DNA of 64,000 nucleotides from Bugula neritina (GCA_964035545.1 OZ037766.1:12390722-12454721); one strand, 5' to 3'. Shown: positions 1 through 13,874, counted from the stretch's first letter. Numbers and translations are program-made. The notes: generated by a model not told the origin, from the letters alone.

Positions 1-149
1 AGAAAAAGTAATTCCTTCAGACTTTTCTCCACGGAAAGTAATTTTTAGTGAACAAGCCATGTGTGGTTATTTTGCCATTATTACTTATAGCAATTTTTGT
101 CATAATATATAAATTACACATATAGCACAATAATTGCTATAGTTGCTTT

Positions 150-1713
150 TTATTGTGAAATCACTTGAAAATAGCTTGCCTGAACCCAATAAACTTTCTA
201 AAGAGAGGAAAACCATTAAATGTTGAGGCAGAAGTTCACAACTCTGCTAGCTAGTGATCCTATTTCAAAAACATTTAAAAAATCACATTTGGAAAAGATG
301 TTTTAAATCACTCATGTAATGCTGTCAAAATATTATTCCAACATAGAAGAGTTGTGAATTGTGATGCAACAGTTTTTGTTGTAAGTAGCCAGTTAATTGT
401 GATGTCATACAACAATGGTATCTTAAAGTGTAATTACTAAAAAGTTGGAGTCAATATCAATTTAGACATGTAGTTTTCTGCATGCAAATAATTGTTTCAA
501 TTTGCATGTTATTACAGAAAAAAAACATGAAAGATTAAATTGTTTCTAACACAACACAAAACATATGACCCAACAATTGTATGGTGAGTATAATTTAAAA
601 ACAATATATTTTAGTTGCAGTAACTAATTAAGTTATTCCCAGCATATTTTTACGAATATTTTTCATTAAATAATAGAATATAAAATAATTTTATTTCACA
701 TATCGTATGCAGTATAAGTTTTGTAGAATCCCTATTAAAAAGTCTCAGATGCAAACATGCAGCAACAATGTTTAAGTTTAAAATTGACTTGAGCTGAGAG
801 TCAACACTGGGTTGAAAAGGTCAAACCTAAAACTTTGTAAGTCGCCTATGCCAAGTAGTACCAAATAAGAGAGTTTATATGCTTATACCTGTTCAGTTTA
901 TGTAATCAGGAGTCTCGAGAGTTTGAGATATTATATATGAACTATTTTCTAATCAACTTCAATGTTACACAACACATTAAAACTCTCATTTTAGAGTTTA
1001 CTTCTATTAAAAGCTTACCTATAAAATTTTAATTCTGCAGCTGCATAAAAAGAGAAATAAACATTTACAATTTTGCAAAGGTTAACAAACTTTAAAATAA
1101 ACTTAACGGTTTAGGGTTTAAATTTAAGAGTAAAGCTTTCTGGTTTTTTAACTACAACAGTTAGTTGCAAATCCTCCTTTTTTATAAAATTCTTAAAATA
1201 TTAGTCATAAAAAAAAACACTGCAAGTTCATGTGTTAAAGTCTACAGTGGATAGAACCTTTAAAAATACTTCAACCTATAGACTACAGCTGCAAAGAGTT
1301 TGTCTCAACAAACTCACAGCAATAATTTTTGCTCAGAATATTAGCAAAATTAGTTACAGCATATTTCATATTATTGAGCAAATATTGTAGGCCGGCCTGT
1401 TAGTAAATTACTTTTCTTTTAAGTGGGGGCAATAACAATAATATGATCAACTTTATTTATACAAACTAAATTGCAAACTAATTTAATATCTCTATAATTG
1501 TATAGTAAGAATATTATTAAACTACGACATTATGTCACAAAGAGACTAAGAGACCTTTCTAATGTGAGCATTCTTTACGTTATGCTATGAGCACGTATTT
1601 ACTTTACGCAATGCTTAAATCCAATCAGAATTTAAAATTTTGAATTACTGACGCACTTGAGGATGCTCACAGAAATTAACTCAAATTTAGTGATATTGAA
1701 TTGGCCTCGCAAG
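150..1713 (+). pseudogene. Putative decayed TIR(-TIR)-death-domain gene, U1 (diverged copy)
   Basis: 279-440 reads KITFGKDVLNHSCNAVKILFQHRRVVNCDATVFVVSSQ (TIR BB-loop/beta-C-like). ~727-836 ends QHWVEKVKPKT|gtaagt. ~1250-1305 reads EPLKILQPIDYSCKEF (TIR C-terminal-like). ~1587-1713 reads EHVFTLRNA* /fs/ ITDALEDAHRN*L...|gttagt (death-domain helix 4-6-like). Motif-level resemblance only. Confidence 0.45.
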
Positions 1714-2627
1714 GTTAGTTCTTAAATGTTAATTGTCCGCTATTTAGATCTCTTTTTGTATCTGTCTACTTTATTTTCGTTGATTTTTTTATTTTTTGTA
1801 GTCCTGATTGCTAATAGTAATAGCAATACTAATAGTTAAATCTTAAACATTATATTAATTACAGCATTGGACACTTCATGGTTGTACACTCCTTGATTAC
1901 AAAAACTGATTCACCAACTCTTTTAAAGTGGTAGATAACCTTGATACATTTTACATAGTTCATATACCTATTATTTAAATATAAGTGCTCTGATTGGACA
2001 TAGTGATAGTTTATGTTTTTATATATGCAAGATCATTATAAGCTAGAAACATTGTTTGATATTAATTAAATAATAATAATCAGAAGCATATAATTTTTCA
2101 AACATTGATACTAGTTTTTTATTCAAAGATATTATTTTACTAGAGTGACACAATACTTAAAACTCTTTATAAATATAAAGTCTGTATGTTCTAAATTTCA
2201 TCAGTCTATTATTCATGCAATCAATACCATCCCTGTAACAAATTAAAGTTAATAGGTTTGTCTTTACTTTTGCTCTAAAACTTCCCAAAAGAATACCTAA
2301 TTTTATTTTGGAGCTTTTCGCTCCCAAATAACTATTGCCTATAAAGCAAAAATGTTTTAGGACAATTTATCTTTACAGAAATTGTAATAAGGCGACAAAT
2401 GTGAATCATGTACAGTTCAAAATTATTGCAATAAAATTAATTCTACAGCAAAACTAAAAACTTTTGCTTTGTGGCTAAATAACTTCATTCAAAGCATGCT
2501 TTGTCAAAAGTTAGCGAAGTAAAGAAATTCAAGTTATTAGATTACAAAACATGAGTTATCAGTCATGCTTAATCCCTTTCATACTTTATAAGGATGCATA
2601 CTTTATGTGCATATTTTGTTTTTTCGC

Positions 2628-4640
2628 AGGTCTCATAGAAGTTATCATAGCCTCCTCACTCAGAATAATGTGTATACTTTCTGCAAAATAAAATTGGAAG
2701 TCAGGCTAAATAATCTACTGCAAGTACTTTACAGTGTCTCTTCCATTACCACTCTCTTTCTCGTTCTGGAGAAGTAATTTTTCATCTTCTCAAAAGGAAA
2801 ATTGACAGTGACAATGATGCAAGTCCAAATGTGTTGCCCTCTTAACATCAGCTCCATGTTGTAACAGAGACAGCACACTATCTACACTGCCTATTTTGAC
2901 AATATGCAAGAGAATTTGCGATGATTTACCCATTCTGGCAGTGATTTTCTTCTTTTACATAATATAAACATCACCGGACTCTAAAGGTTTCGTATAGCCA
3001 TGGTGAATCATGTGGCCCACTTCTACATAGAATAGTCCATCAGAACTTCTAAGTCTTTATTGCACTTTGGTTGCAGGGAAAATAGCCTGTTTTAAGGTCA
3101 CACAGTTCAGGCTCAAATAGATGAGTCAGGTTTTTGAAATTTCAGATCTGAGATGTTTCCTCTTTCATTCTTGAAACAACAGAAAAGTATATGTACAGCT
3201 TCGTTGTGATGATTCTAGTGAATCTTTTCTCTGCCAGTTAATCCAAAGGTTCAATGTCTGATAAGTACAACACACATATTACATTTATTATACGTTATGA
3301 TTTGCTTGTGGCATCTAATTATATGCAAGCTAAAAATTCATCTAAGAATTCCCATCTGCAGAAAAACGTTATACCTGAAATACAAAGGGCGGCTAGTTTA
3401 ATATTTCTTATTGTCTTCAATCTTAGCTTCAAACGACATTTAACATGCTGAGCAGTGGTGCAGCTAAATCTCTGGATGACAACAACTTTACATTAATAAC
3501 AAGAAGTTTGTTCAAAAATACTATTCAATACATACGGTCAAAGTTTTTATTGACAACGTTGAGCACAAATACATCCATTGATATGACGCTGTGCTCTTCC
3601 CACCTCTGCATATCTTTCCTGCTCAAAACAAAAAAATTGTATCATTTTCATGTGAACAAAAATGAAGTGTGTCAATTAGTACAGGACTAAAAAGAAAAAA
3701 GGAAGTGCTACAGATCAAAAAGCATATATTATAATATACATTGCTTTTAAGAAAAGGTATAAAAAATTTATAAAAACGGTACTAAGTATTATAATAAAAA
3801 ATGACTACTTGAGGACACTTTTTATTAAGCTGGCTCCAAACTCATCTTGGGAGATATGAGTGTTTCATCGTTTTGCAGAGGTGGCAGTATCATCTCTCTG
3901 CTCACCATTCGGCAAATCACTTTAGTTGGTCTAATTAACACACCAAGTGGTATGAAAAATTGAATCTTTTGTCGGCATCCCTGCATGGCTGCACATTTAA
4001 GGCATCCACTAGGAAGCTGAGGAGAAAGCTAAAACATGATACACATATATCATCACAATTGAGAACCAAATAGCTACCAGTGTTGTAGAAAAGGATGAAG
4101 TTTGTCTTACAGTACTGAATCTACAATGTGCAGTCCAATAATAAAGCGACTAATACATGAAATAACGGAGCTAGGATATTTCTGTATTATAATAACAAAC
4201 TGAATGATGGCCTTAATATAGAGAACATTTCACAAGGATAACTCTGCATGTATTCTATTAACTGCATGATTCGAGAATTTTCCAGATGAGAGATACTTAC
4301 CAAAGCTTTTTTTACTGAAGGAGTAGATGTATAGCAGGCTTTTGAACAGAAGTTCATCAGTCAGCTTGACCGTGCATATGCTCTTCCCACCTTTTACCAC
4401 AATCTCATCTTCTACCATCATCTCATCTTCCACTACCATATCATCTCTTACCATCTTTACTTCTTAGCACAACGATTTTCTTTCATTTTGATGAGAGCCA
4501 AACATATAGTGTAGGGCTGAAAATAATAGCCGGTAAATCACTCTCGTTGGTCCAGTTACCACATCAGGTGGGATGACAAATCGGATCTTGTGCTGACATC
4601 CCCGCACTTCTGGCATCCACCAAAAAACTGATACGAAAGC
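2628..4640 (-). pseudogene. Decayed ankyrin-like gene (ZU5-A, start of ZU5-B, ANK-repeat remnants), most complete copy (U1)
   Basis: Exon from 4028: FLLSFLVDA /fs/ AMQGCRQKIQFFIPLGVLIRPTKVICRMVSREMILPPLQNDETLISPKMSLEPA. Exon ~3687-3535: PVLIDTLHFCS /fs/ VLSRKDMQRWEEH...VVNKNFD|gtatgt. Exon from ~3257: IEPLD*LAEKRFTRIITTKLYIYFSVVSRMKEE.../QAIFP. These parallel the ankyrin ZU5 motifs SFMVDARGG.MRG, IIPP..C..PTRI.CRL, GPVIVEIPHF, W.EH, KRICRIIT.DFPQYFAVVSRI, VQAVFP. At ~2915-2843: LLHIVKIGSVDSVLSLLQHGADVK (ANK). A second, younger ZU5 exon starts at 4639. Stops and frameshifts are present. Confidence 0.85.
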
Positions 4641-6079
4641 TAAAATATGATGGTACACATACATCACCACACTTGAGAGTCAAATATCTACCAGTAGAAA
4701 AGGATAAAGCTTGTCTTACAACACTGAATCTACAATGTATATTCCAATAGGGAAGCGACTAATGCATGAAACAAATGAGCTAGATTGTTTCTAAACTGAA
4801 AGATAGTCCCAATACAGACATAACAGCACACAAGAATAACTCTGCATGCATTTTATCAGCTTTGCATGAATTTAAAGTTTTCAAAATAAAGAATACTTAG
4901 CAAGGCTTTTTTACTGAAGGAGTTGATGTTAAGCAGGCTTTTGTAAAAACTTATTGCCTTACATTCTGATAGGATTGAACCTACAGTAAAAATGACTGAA
5001 ATTACACAATAATCTCTCAGCAAGCCATTACCTCAACATCTCCAAGACATATCAAATTGGCAACATTTCAAATCTCAAACTTGCCTTACAACTTCAATTT
5101 TATTACATTTCAGTTTATGAACCAACTATCTAAACCATTTTGACAGTAATGCTTATGTAAAAAGTTGATCACTCTTTGATACAAAACATTTTAAAACAAT
5201 ATTGTCTGTACAACTGGTTATTCACACAATATCAAATGAAATAATGTATTATTTTCTGTTAAAATTTCATCAATACAATTCATGATTAAAATATCAGCAC
5301 TACTGTAGAATGTGATATATTTTACACATGCAAGCAAAGCAATATCTAGATTATTATAAAAGCAACACATAAAAATATATAAATCAATGTCTATAAGTTA
5401 AAGTAAAGGCAGCTTATTAAAGAATATTTTGTGTACAGAGATGAGTGTATAAGTATGGAACATATCACATTATGTTTAATGGACACAAATAATAATGCCA
5501 TGAGACTATGGTTATAGAATTAAAATAACTTTTCTATCTGCCAAACATAACTTAATATTAATAAGACACTATTTATAAATGATTGATAATGCTACTGATA
5601 CTTTGGTAGCTAATTTTTTTAACAACAAAACTTCTATGACAATATCTAAAAGAAAAATTAGATGAATAAAACATTATTAAAATATCTACTTAAATATATA
5701 TCATATTGATAATAAATATAAGAAAATTAAAGTTGATGTCAAATTAAATGCATAAAACGTTTTCTAAATTAGCAAAAGACAACTTCAAGTTGAAAGTTAT
5801 ATATTGCTGTAGTTGTAGCTGCTGAATCTATCAAATCTTGTATAAGAAACATATTATTATTATGGCACGATAATCTCTTAAGAGTAACCATTTCTTATTT
5901 TGCATATTAGAAGAGATAAATAATTGCATAATTATTGCCTCATTCTGTACAAGTCAGTAGCTTTACTATTCATATATTAGAAAAAGCAATTATTTTAGAC
6001 TGTCCTATGTAGAACGTAATTGCTAGTAAACAAGCCATGTATTACTATTTTGCTAGTATTCGACTATTTTGCTCTAAGA

Positions 6080-7684
6080 TATACTAATTAAATATTACAA
6101 AAATTCTTTTATTTGCTTCTGGTTGAGAAAAAGATTAAAGAAGCTTGTCAGAAAATCACTATTTCTAACTCTGAAGAAATGCACAGTCATCATGGGGGCA
6201 GAGGTTTATAACTTTGATAGCTAATGATCCAAAAGATCATATTATTTTGAAAAAAAATTTAACTCATGCAAATAATTGCTGCTAAAGTCCTATTATTGTG
6301 TATATCAAGGGTTGTGATGAAAGAGTTTTTATTGTTGCTAGCCAATAATGAATTGTGATGTCGTACAACAATGGTACGTATCTCAAAGTGTATTAACTAA
6401 AATATTGTCAATATAGAACAAATTTAAACTCAAGTGTATGTACTATATAATATTTATCTGCATGCCAATAGATCTCTCAATTTACATTCTAATACTAATA
6501 CTGAAGAAAAAGTAAATAAAGTTAAACTGCATTAACCCATTAGCTGCTTCTCACACAACACAGAGCAGATAACCCAATAATTTTCAGGCAAGTAAAGTTT
6601 ATAAATTTATATATATTTTAGTTGTAAGCAATCAATTTCACACCAGCATTTTAAAGTTGATGTTTTTTTATTGAATAAGATATAATTTTATTTTTGGTAT
6701 TCTCACTTATATGTGATATAGGTTTTGTGGAATTCCTATCTGTTGAATACCTTAAAAAGTCTAAGATGCAAACGTGCAGTGTCAATGTTTAGGTATAAAG
6801 TTGGCTTACAATGATAGACAAAATTGAGTTGAAAAGGTTAAATCTAAAACTATGTAAGCCGTCTATACCAAGTTATATTACTAAATAAGAAAGTTTGTAC
6901 GCTTATACGTATTTAGTTTATATAATCAGGAGTCTGAACACTTTGTAGAGTTTGAGATATACAAACTATTTTCTAATCAACTCCAATATTACATTACCAC
7001 ATTGAAGGTCTCATTTTAAGGTTAACTCCTGTGAAAAGCGTGAAAAATTTAATCTTGTAGTTACTATAAAAAGAAAAAATGGCAAGGTTTTACATATAAG
7101 CCTTTAAATTAACTCAGGGGTCTAAAACTGAAAACAAGTTCTGCTTTTTATATTAGCATTGTTTTTGTAAACCCTTCTTCCTTTCAAACAATTTCAAAAT
7201 TTAGTCTAAAAAAAAGGCACTGCAAGTTTATGTGTTTAAATACAGTGGAGCCTTTAAAATTTGCTCAACAAATCCTACAGCTGCAAAGAATTTGTTTCCA
7301 TGCAACTCTCTATCTTAGAATATTTGCAAAAGCAGTAACAGCACTTTTTATATTTTATACTAGCTTTTAAGTCTGGGCAAACGTATTCACAAATTACTTT
7401 TAGCTTTTGAGGGGTGGCAATAATATCATCAACTAATTTGCTTAAACAAACAAGAGTGGATAACTCATAATAGCTTTACTTGCAAAGAAATCACATTAAA
7501 CTAGAGCCTTATGAGAAGAGCAAGAAACCTTTGTAGTGTATACAAATTTGACGTTATGCTGTGAGCAAGTATTTACTTTATGCAATGCTTAACTCCAATC
7601 AGAATTTAAAATTTTGAATTGATACACTTGAGGATACTCACAGGAATTAACTCAAATTTATTAACATTGAATTGAAATCTCAAG
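6080..7684 (+). pseudogene. Putative decayed TIR/death-domain gene, U2
   Basis: KLVRKSLFLTLKK...GAEVYNFDS; IKGCDERVFIVASQ; CEQVFTLCNA* /fs/ IDTLEDTHRN*L; splice donor at 7685. Confidence 0.4.
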
Positions 7685-8593
7685 GTTAGTTATCAACAGT
7701 TAATTGGTAGCTGTTTAGATCTCTATTAGTATCTGTTTACTTTAAACTTCTTTAGGTTTTTTATTTTTCATGGATTTTCTTGCTAATAGTTCTAAAATTA
7801 TGTTAATTGTAGCATTGAGCACTTCATGGGCATTTCTTTGTTACAAGAACTGATTCACTCATTATTTTATAATAGTAGCCAAACTTGAAACATGTTTCAT
7901 AACAGAAGTATTCTTGTGCTTGTTATTTAAACATAAATATTCTTAATAAACTTAGTTTTTGCTTTTACATGCAAGGTTATTAAAAGAAAAAAGATGCCAA
8001 AAGAAGATAAAACCTAGTTTGAAAACCCTGATGTTTAAATAATAATATTATTCCGAAGTATAATAAAACTAGTATACAGTTTAAAAATAATACTTTACTA
8101 GAATGACGCAGTATTTTAAATTCTTTCCTGTATGCACTGCTCAAATTTCACCAGTCAATTATTTATATAATTAATACTTCCTCTGTAGTATGTTAACGTT
8201 AATTATCTTAAGTTAATAAACATTATTCTCATAATAACTAATTAGACAGTAATACATTATTATAAACATATTGTCCAAACCTTCATTTTTGGTTTAAAAT
8301 CTACCAACAAACAAATATTGATGTTGGATTTGTTTTTTTCTAAATAACTGGGGAAAAAGTTTAAAAACAATTTAACTTTTCAGATTTTGTAATAAGAAAG
8401 GTGATAATTATGTGAATTATGTAAAATTTGAAGTTTATTGCAAAAAAAATTAATTACATCAACAGCTAATTTTTTTTGTTTTATGGCTGAATAACTCTAT
8501 TGAAACATACTTTGTCAAAAGTTATTTATTTTCATATTTTATACAAGCGCATATATCATGTACATGTTGTACTTCTAAACAATTTTTTTTCAC

Positions 8594-9937
8594 AGGTCTG
8601 TTGGAAGTTATTATAGCCTCTTTACCCAGAACAATGTGTACAATTTCTGCGAGATAAAAATGGGAAGTCAGGCTAAATAATACACTGCATGTTCTTCCCA
8701 GTGTCTTTTCCATCACCATTCTCTTTCACTTTCTGCAGTAATACTGTTTCATCCTTTCGAAAATGACAATGATGCAAGTCTCAAGCTGCTACTACCCTGC
8801 TACAATCAGCTCTATGTCGTAACAGAAGCAGCACACTATCTACACTACTTATATTCTGGCACCAATATGCATGGGAGTGTGTAACTCTGTTGCAGGTGAA
8901 AGGTCACAATGGTGTAGACTAGTTTGTCTTAAAGTACAGCATGTTTTACACATTCATTACTTTACTCCTTGCATGTCTGCTTTTTCTATGAATTTCAAAA
9001 CCTCATCATCTAGTACATACCATGAAAGTCTTTATTCATTGGCTTTGAACAGAAGTTCATCAGTCAGCTTGACCATGCATGTGCTCCTCCCACCTTTCAT
9101 CACAATCTCATCTTCTACCATCATCTCATCTTCCACCACCATATCATCTTTTACCATCTTCACTTCTTAGCACAACGATTTTCTTTCACTTTGATGAGAG
9201 CCAAACCTATTGTGTAGGGCTAAAATAATAGCCGGCAAATCACTCTAGTTGGTCCAGTTACCACATCAGGTGGGATGACAAATCAGATCTTGTGCTGACA
9301 TCCCCGCACTTCTGGCATCCACCAAAAAACTGATACGGAAGCAAAAATATGATGGTACACATACATCATCACACTTGAGAGTCAAATATCTACCAGTAGA
9401 AAAGGATAAAGCTTGTCTTACAACACTGAATCTACAATGTATATTCCAATAAGGAAGCGACTAATGCATGAAACAAATGAGCTAGATTGTTTCTAGACTG
9501 AAAGATAGCTCTAATACAGACAACAGCACACAAGAATAACTCTGCATGCATTCTATCAGCTTTGCATGAATTTAAAGTTTTCAAAATAAAGAATACTTAG
9601 CAAGGCTTTTTTGCTGAAAGAGTAGATGTATAGCAGGCTTTTGAACAGAAGTTCATCAGTCAGCTTGACCATGCATGTGCTCCTCCCACCTTTTATCACA
9701 ATCTCATCTTCTACCATCATCTCATCTTCCACTACCGTCTCATCTTTTGCCATCTTCACTTCTTAGCCCAAAGATTTTCTTTCACTTTGATGAGAGCCAA
9801 ACATATGGTGTAGGGCTAAAATAATAGCCGGCAAATCACTCTCGTTGGTCCAGTTACCACATCAGGTGGGATGACAAATCGGATCTTGTGCTGACATCCC
9901 TGCACTTCTGGCATCCACCAAAAAACTGATACGGAAG
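8594..9937 (-). pseudogene. Decayed ZU5/ANK copy in U2 (two ZU5 exon copies)
   Basis: FRISFLVDARS /fs/ GCQHKI.FVIPPDVVTGPTRVICRL starting at 9937 and 9341; EIV...RWEEH; ANK remnant ELHTPMHIGARI /fs/ SVDSVLLLLRH.AD at ~8890-8800. Confidence 0.8.
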
Positions 9938-10225
9938 CTAAAATACATCATCACACTTGAGAGTCAAATATCTACCAGTAGAAAAGGATAAAGCTTGTCT
10001 TACAACACTGAATCTACAATGTATATTCTAATAAGGAAGCAACTAATGCATGAAATGAATGAGCTAGATTGTTTCTAGACTGAAAGATAGCCCTAATACA
10101 GACAACAGCACACAAGAATAACTCTGCATGCATTCTATCAGCTTTGCATGAATTTAAAGTATTCAAAATAAGGAATACTTAGCAAGGCTTATTTACTGGA
10201 GGAGTTAATGTTAAGCAGGCTTTTG
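9045..10225. repeat. Internal ~596-bp tandem duplication within U2 (also in U4, ~19057-20235)
   Basis: TTGAACAGAAGTTCAT at 9045 and 9641 (and at 19057 and 19654); each copy holds one ZU5 pseudo-exon. U3 and U5 have a single copy. Confidence 0.95.
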
Positions 10226-11369
10226 TAAAAATACCCTGCCTTACATTCTGATAGGATTGAACCTACAATAAAAATGACTGAAATCACACAATAATCTCGC
10301 AGCATGCCATCACCTCAACATCTCCAAGACATATCAAACTGGCAACATTTCAAATCTCAAACTTGCCTTACAACCTCAATTTTATTACATTTCAGTTTAT
10401 GGAACAACTATTTAAACCATTTTGACAGTAATGCTTATGTACAAAGTTGATCACTCTTTGATACAAAACATTTCAAAACATTATTGTCTGTACAACTGGT
10501 TATTCACACAATATCAAATGAAATAATGTATTATTTTCTGTTAAAGTTTCATCAATACAATTCACGATTAAAATATCAGCACAACTGTAGATTGTGATAT
10601 ATTTTACACATGCAAGCAAAGCAATATCTAGATTATTATAAAAGCAACACATAAAAAAAATATATCAATGTCTATAAGTCAAATTAAAGGCAGCTTATTA
10701 AAGAATATTTTGTGTACAGAGTTGAGTGTATAAGTATGGAACATATCATATTATATTTAATGGACACAAATAATAATGTCATGATATTATAATTATAGAA
10801 TTAAAATAACTTTTCTATCCACCAAACATAATAAGTTAATAAGTTAATATTAATAAGACACTACACCAGTTTATAAATGATTGATAATGCTACTGGTACT
10901 TTGGCAGCTGAATTTGCTCGTAATAAAACTCCTATGACAATATCTAAAAGAAAACTTGTACAAATAAAAAATTGGTAAAATATCTACCTAAATATATATC
11001 ATATTGATAATAAATATAAGAGAAGTAAAGTTGCTGTCAGATTAAATGCATAAAAAGGTTTTCTAAATTAGCAAAAGACAACTTCGAGTTGAAAGTTATA
11101 TAATGCTGCAGTTGTTGCTGCCGAATCTATCAAATCTTGTATGAGAAACATAATGTTATGACATAATAATCTCTGAGGAGTAACTATTTTTTTTTCATAT
11201 TAGAAGAGATAAATAATTGCATAATTGTTGCCTCATTCTTTATAAAGTCAGTAGCTTTATTATTCATATATTAGAAAAAGCAATCATTTTAGACTTTCCT
11301 ACATAGAAAGTAATGCTAGTAAACAAGCCATGTATTACTATTTTGTTAATATTCTACTATTTTGCTCTA

Positions 11370-12961
11370 AGATATACTAATTAAATATTACAAACATTCT
11401 TTTATTTGCTTCTGGTTGAGAAAATGATTAAAGAACCTTGTCAAAAAACTGCTATTTCTAACTTTGAAGAAATGCAAAGCCATCATGGGGGCAGAGGTCT
11501 ACAACTTAATGATCCAAAAGATCATATTATTTTGAAAAAAAATTTAACTCATGCAAATTGCTACGAAAGCCCTATTACCATGTATATCAAGGGTTGTGAT
11601 GAAAGAGTTTTTATTGTTGCTAGCCATTAATTAATTGTGATGTCATACAACAATGGTACGTATCTCAAAGTGTATTAACTAAAATATTATCAATTTAAAA
11701 CAAATTAAAACTTAAGTGTATGTACTATATAATATTTATCTGCATGCCAATAGATCTCTCATTTTACATTCTAATACTAGTACTGAAGAAAAAGTAAATG
11801 AAGTTAAACTGCATTAACCCATTAGCTGCTTCTCACACAACCCAGAGCAGATAACCCAATAATTTTCAGGCAAGTAAAGTTTATAAATTTATATATATTT
11901 TAGTTGTAAGCAATCAATTTCTTACCAGCATTTTGAAGTTGATGTTTTTTTATTGAATAAGATAATGTTATTTTTGGTATTCTAACTTATATGTGATATA
12001 AGTTTTGTGGAATTCCTATCTGTTGAATATCTTAAAAAGTCTAAGATGCAAACATGCAGTGTCAATGTTTAGGTATAAAGTTGGGTTACAATGATAAACA
12101 AAATTGAATTGAAAAGGCTAAATCTAAAACTATGTAAGCCGTCTATACCAAGTTATATTACTAAATAAGAAAGTTTGTATGCTTATACGTATTTAGTTTA
12201 TATAATCAGGAGTCTGAGCACTTTGTAGAGTTTGAGATATATAAACTATTTTCTAATCAACTCCAATATTGCATTACCACATTGAAGGTCTCATTTTAAA
12301 GTTTACTCCTGTGAAAAACATATGAAAAATTTAATCTTGTAGTTGCTATAAAAAGAAGAAATGACAAGGTTTTATAAGCCTTAAAATTAACTCAGGGGTT
12401 TAAAACTGAAAACAAGTTCTGGTTTTTATATTAGCATTGTTTTTGTAAACCCTTCTTCTTTTCAAACAATTTTAAAATCTAGTCTCCAAAAAAGCACTGC
12501 AAGTTTATGTGTTTAACTACAGTGGAGCCTTTAAAATTTGTTCAATAAACCCTACAGCTGCAAAGAATTTGTCTCCATGCAACTCTCTATCTTAGAATAT
12601 TTGCAAAAGCAGTAACAGCATTTTTTATATTTTATACTAGCTGTTAAGTCTGGGCAAACGTATTCACAAATTACTTTTAGCTTTTGAGGGGTGGCAATAA
12701 TATCATCAACTAATTTGCTTGAAGTAACAAGAGTGGATAACTCATAATAGCTTTACTTGCAAAGAAATCTTATTAAACTAGAGCCTTATGGGAAGAGCAA
12801 GAAACCTTTGTAGTGTATACAAATTTGACGTTATGCTGTGAGCAAGTATTTACTTTATGCAATGCTTAACTCCAATCAGAATTTAAAATTTTAAATTGAT
12901 ACACTTGAGGATGCTCACAAGAATTGATTCAAATTTATTAACATTGAATTGAAGTCTCAAG
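11370..12961 (+). pseudogene. Putative decayed TIR/death-domain gene, U3
   Basis: Homologous to the U2 copy; includes ORF 11406-11630 (…IKGCDERVFIVASH); donor at 12962. Confidence 0.4.
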
Positions 12962-13874
12962 GTTAGTTCTCAACGGTTAATTGGTAGCTGTTTAGATCTC
13001 TATTAGTATCTGTCTACTTTATACTAATTTAGGTTTTTTATTTTTCATGGATTTCTTTGCTAATAGTTCTAAAATTATGTTAATTGTAGCATTGAGCACT
13101 TCATGGATATTTCTTTATTACAAGAACTGATTCACTCATTATTCTATAATAGTAGCCAAACTTGAAACATGTTTCATAACAGAAGTATTCTAATGCTTGT
13201 TATTTAAACATAAATAATCTTAATAAACTTAGTTTTTGCTTTTACATGCAAGGTTATTAAAAGAAAAAAGATGCCAAAACATGTGCAAGATAAAACCTAG
13301 TTTGAAAACCCCAATGTTTAAATAATAATATTCAGAAGTATATTAAAACTAGTATACAGTTTAAAATGTTATTTTACTAGAATGACGCAGTATTTTAAAT
13401 TCTTTCCTGTATGCACTGCTCAAATTTCACCAGTCAATTATTTATATAATTAATACTTCCTTTGTAGTATGCTAACGTAAATTATTATTAAGTTAATAAA
13501 CATTATTCTTATAATAACTAATTAGACAGTATTATTATAAACATATTGTCCAAACCTTCATTTTTGGTTTAAAATCTACCAACAAACAAGTATTAATGTT
13601 GGGATTTGTTTGCTTTTAAATAACTGGGAAAAAGTTTAAAAACAATTTAACTTTTCAGATTTTGTAATAAGAAAGGTGATAATTATGTGAATTATGTAAA
13701 ATTTGAAATTTATTGCAAAAAAAATTAATTACATCAACAGCTAAATTTTTGTTTTAAGGCGGAATAACTCTATTGAAACATGCTTTTTCAAAAGTTATTT
13801 ATTTTCATATTTTATACAAATGCATATATTATGTACATGTTGTTGTACTTCTGAACAATTCTGTTTTTTTTTCA

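Noticed and set aside
4230-4454. Acidic (V.EDE.)n ORFs at 4230, 9556 and 19569 as a novel peptide family
   Set aside because: Produced by an 18-bp expansion inside a decayed ZU5 exon; the RWEEH motif lies in another frame.
8871-9170. Conserved plus-strand ORFs repeated at 8871, 14136 and 24147
   Set aside because: Antisense shadow of ZU5/ANK pseudo-exons; conservation reflects recent duplication, and the U4 copy is frameshifted.
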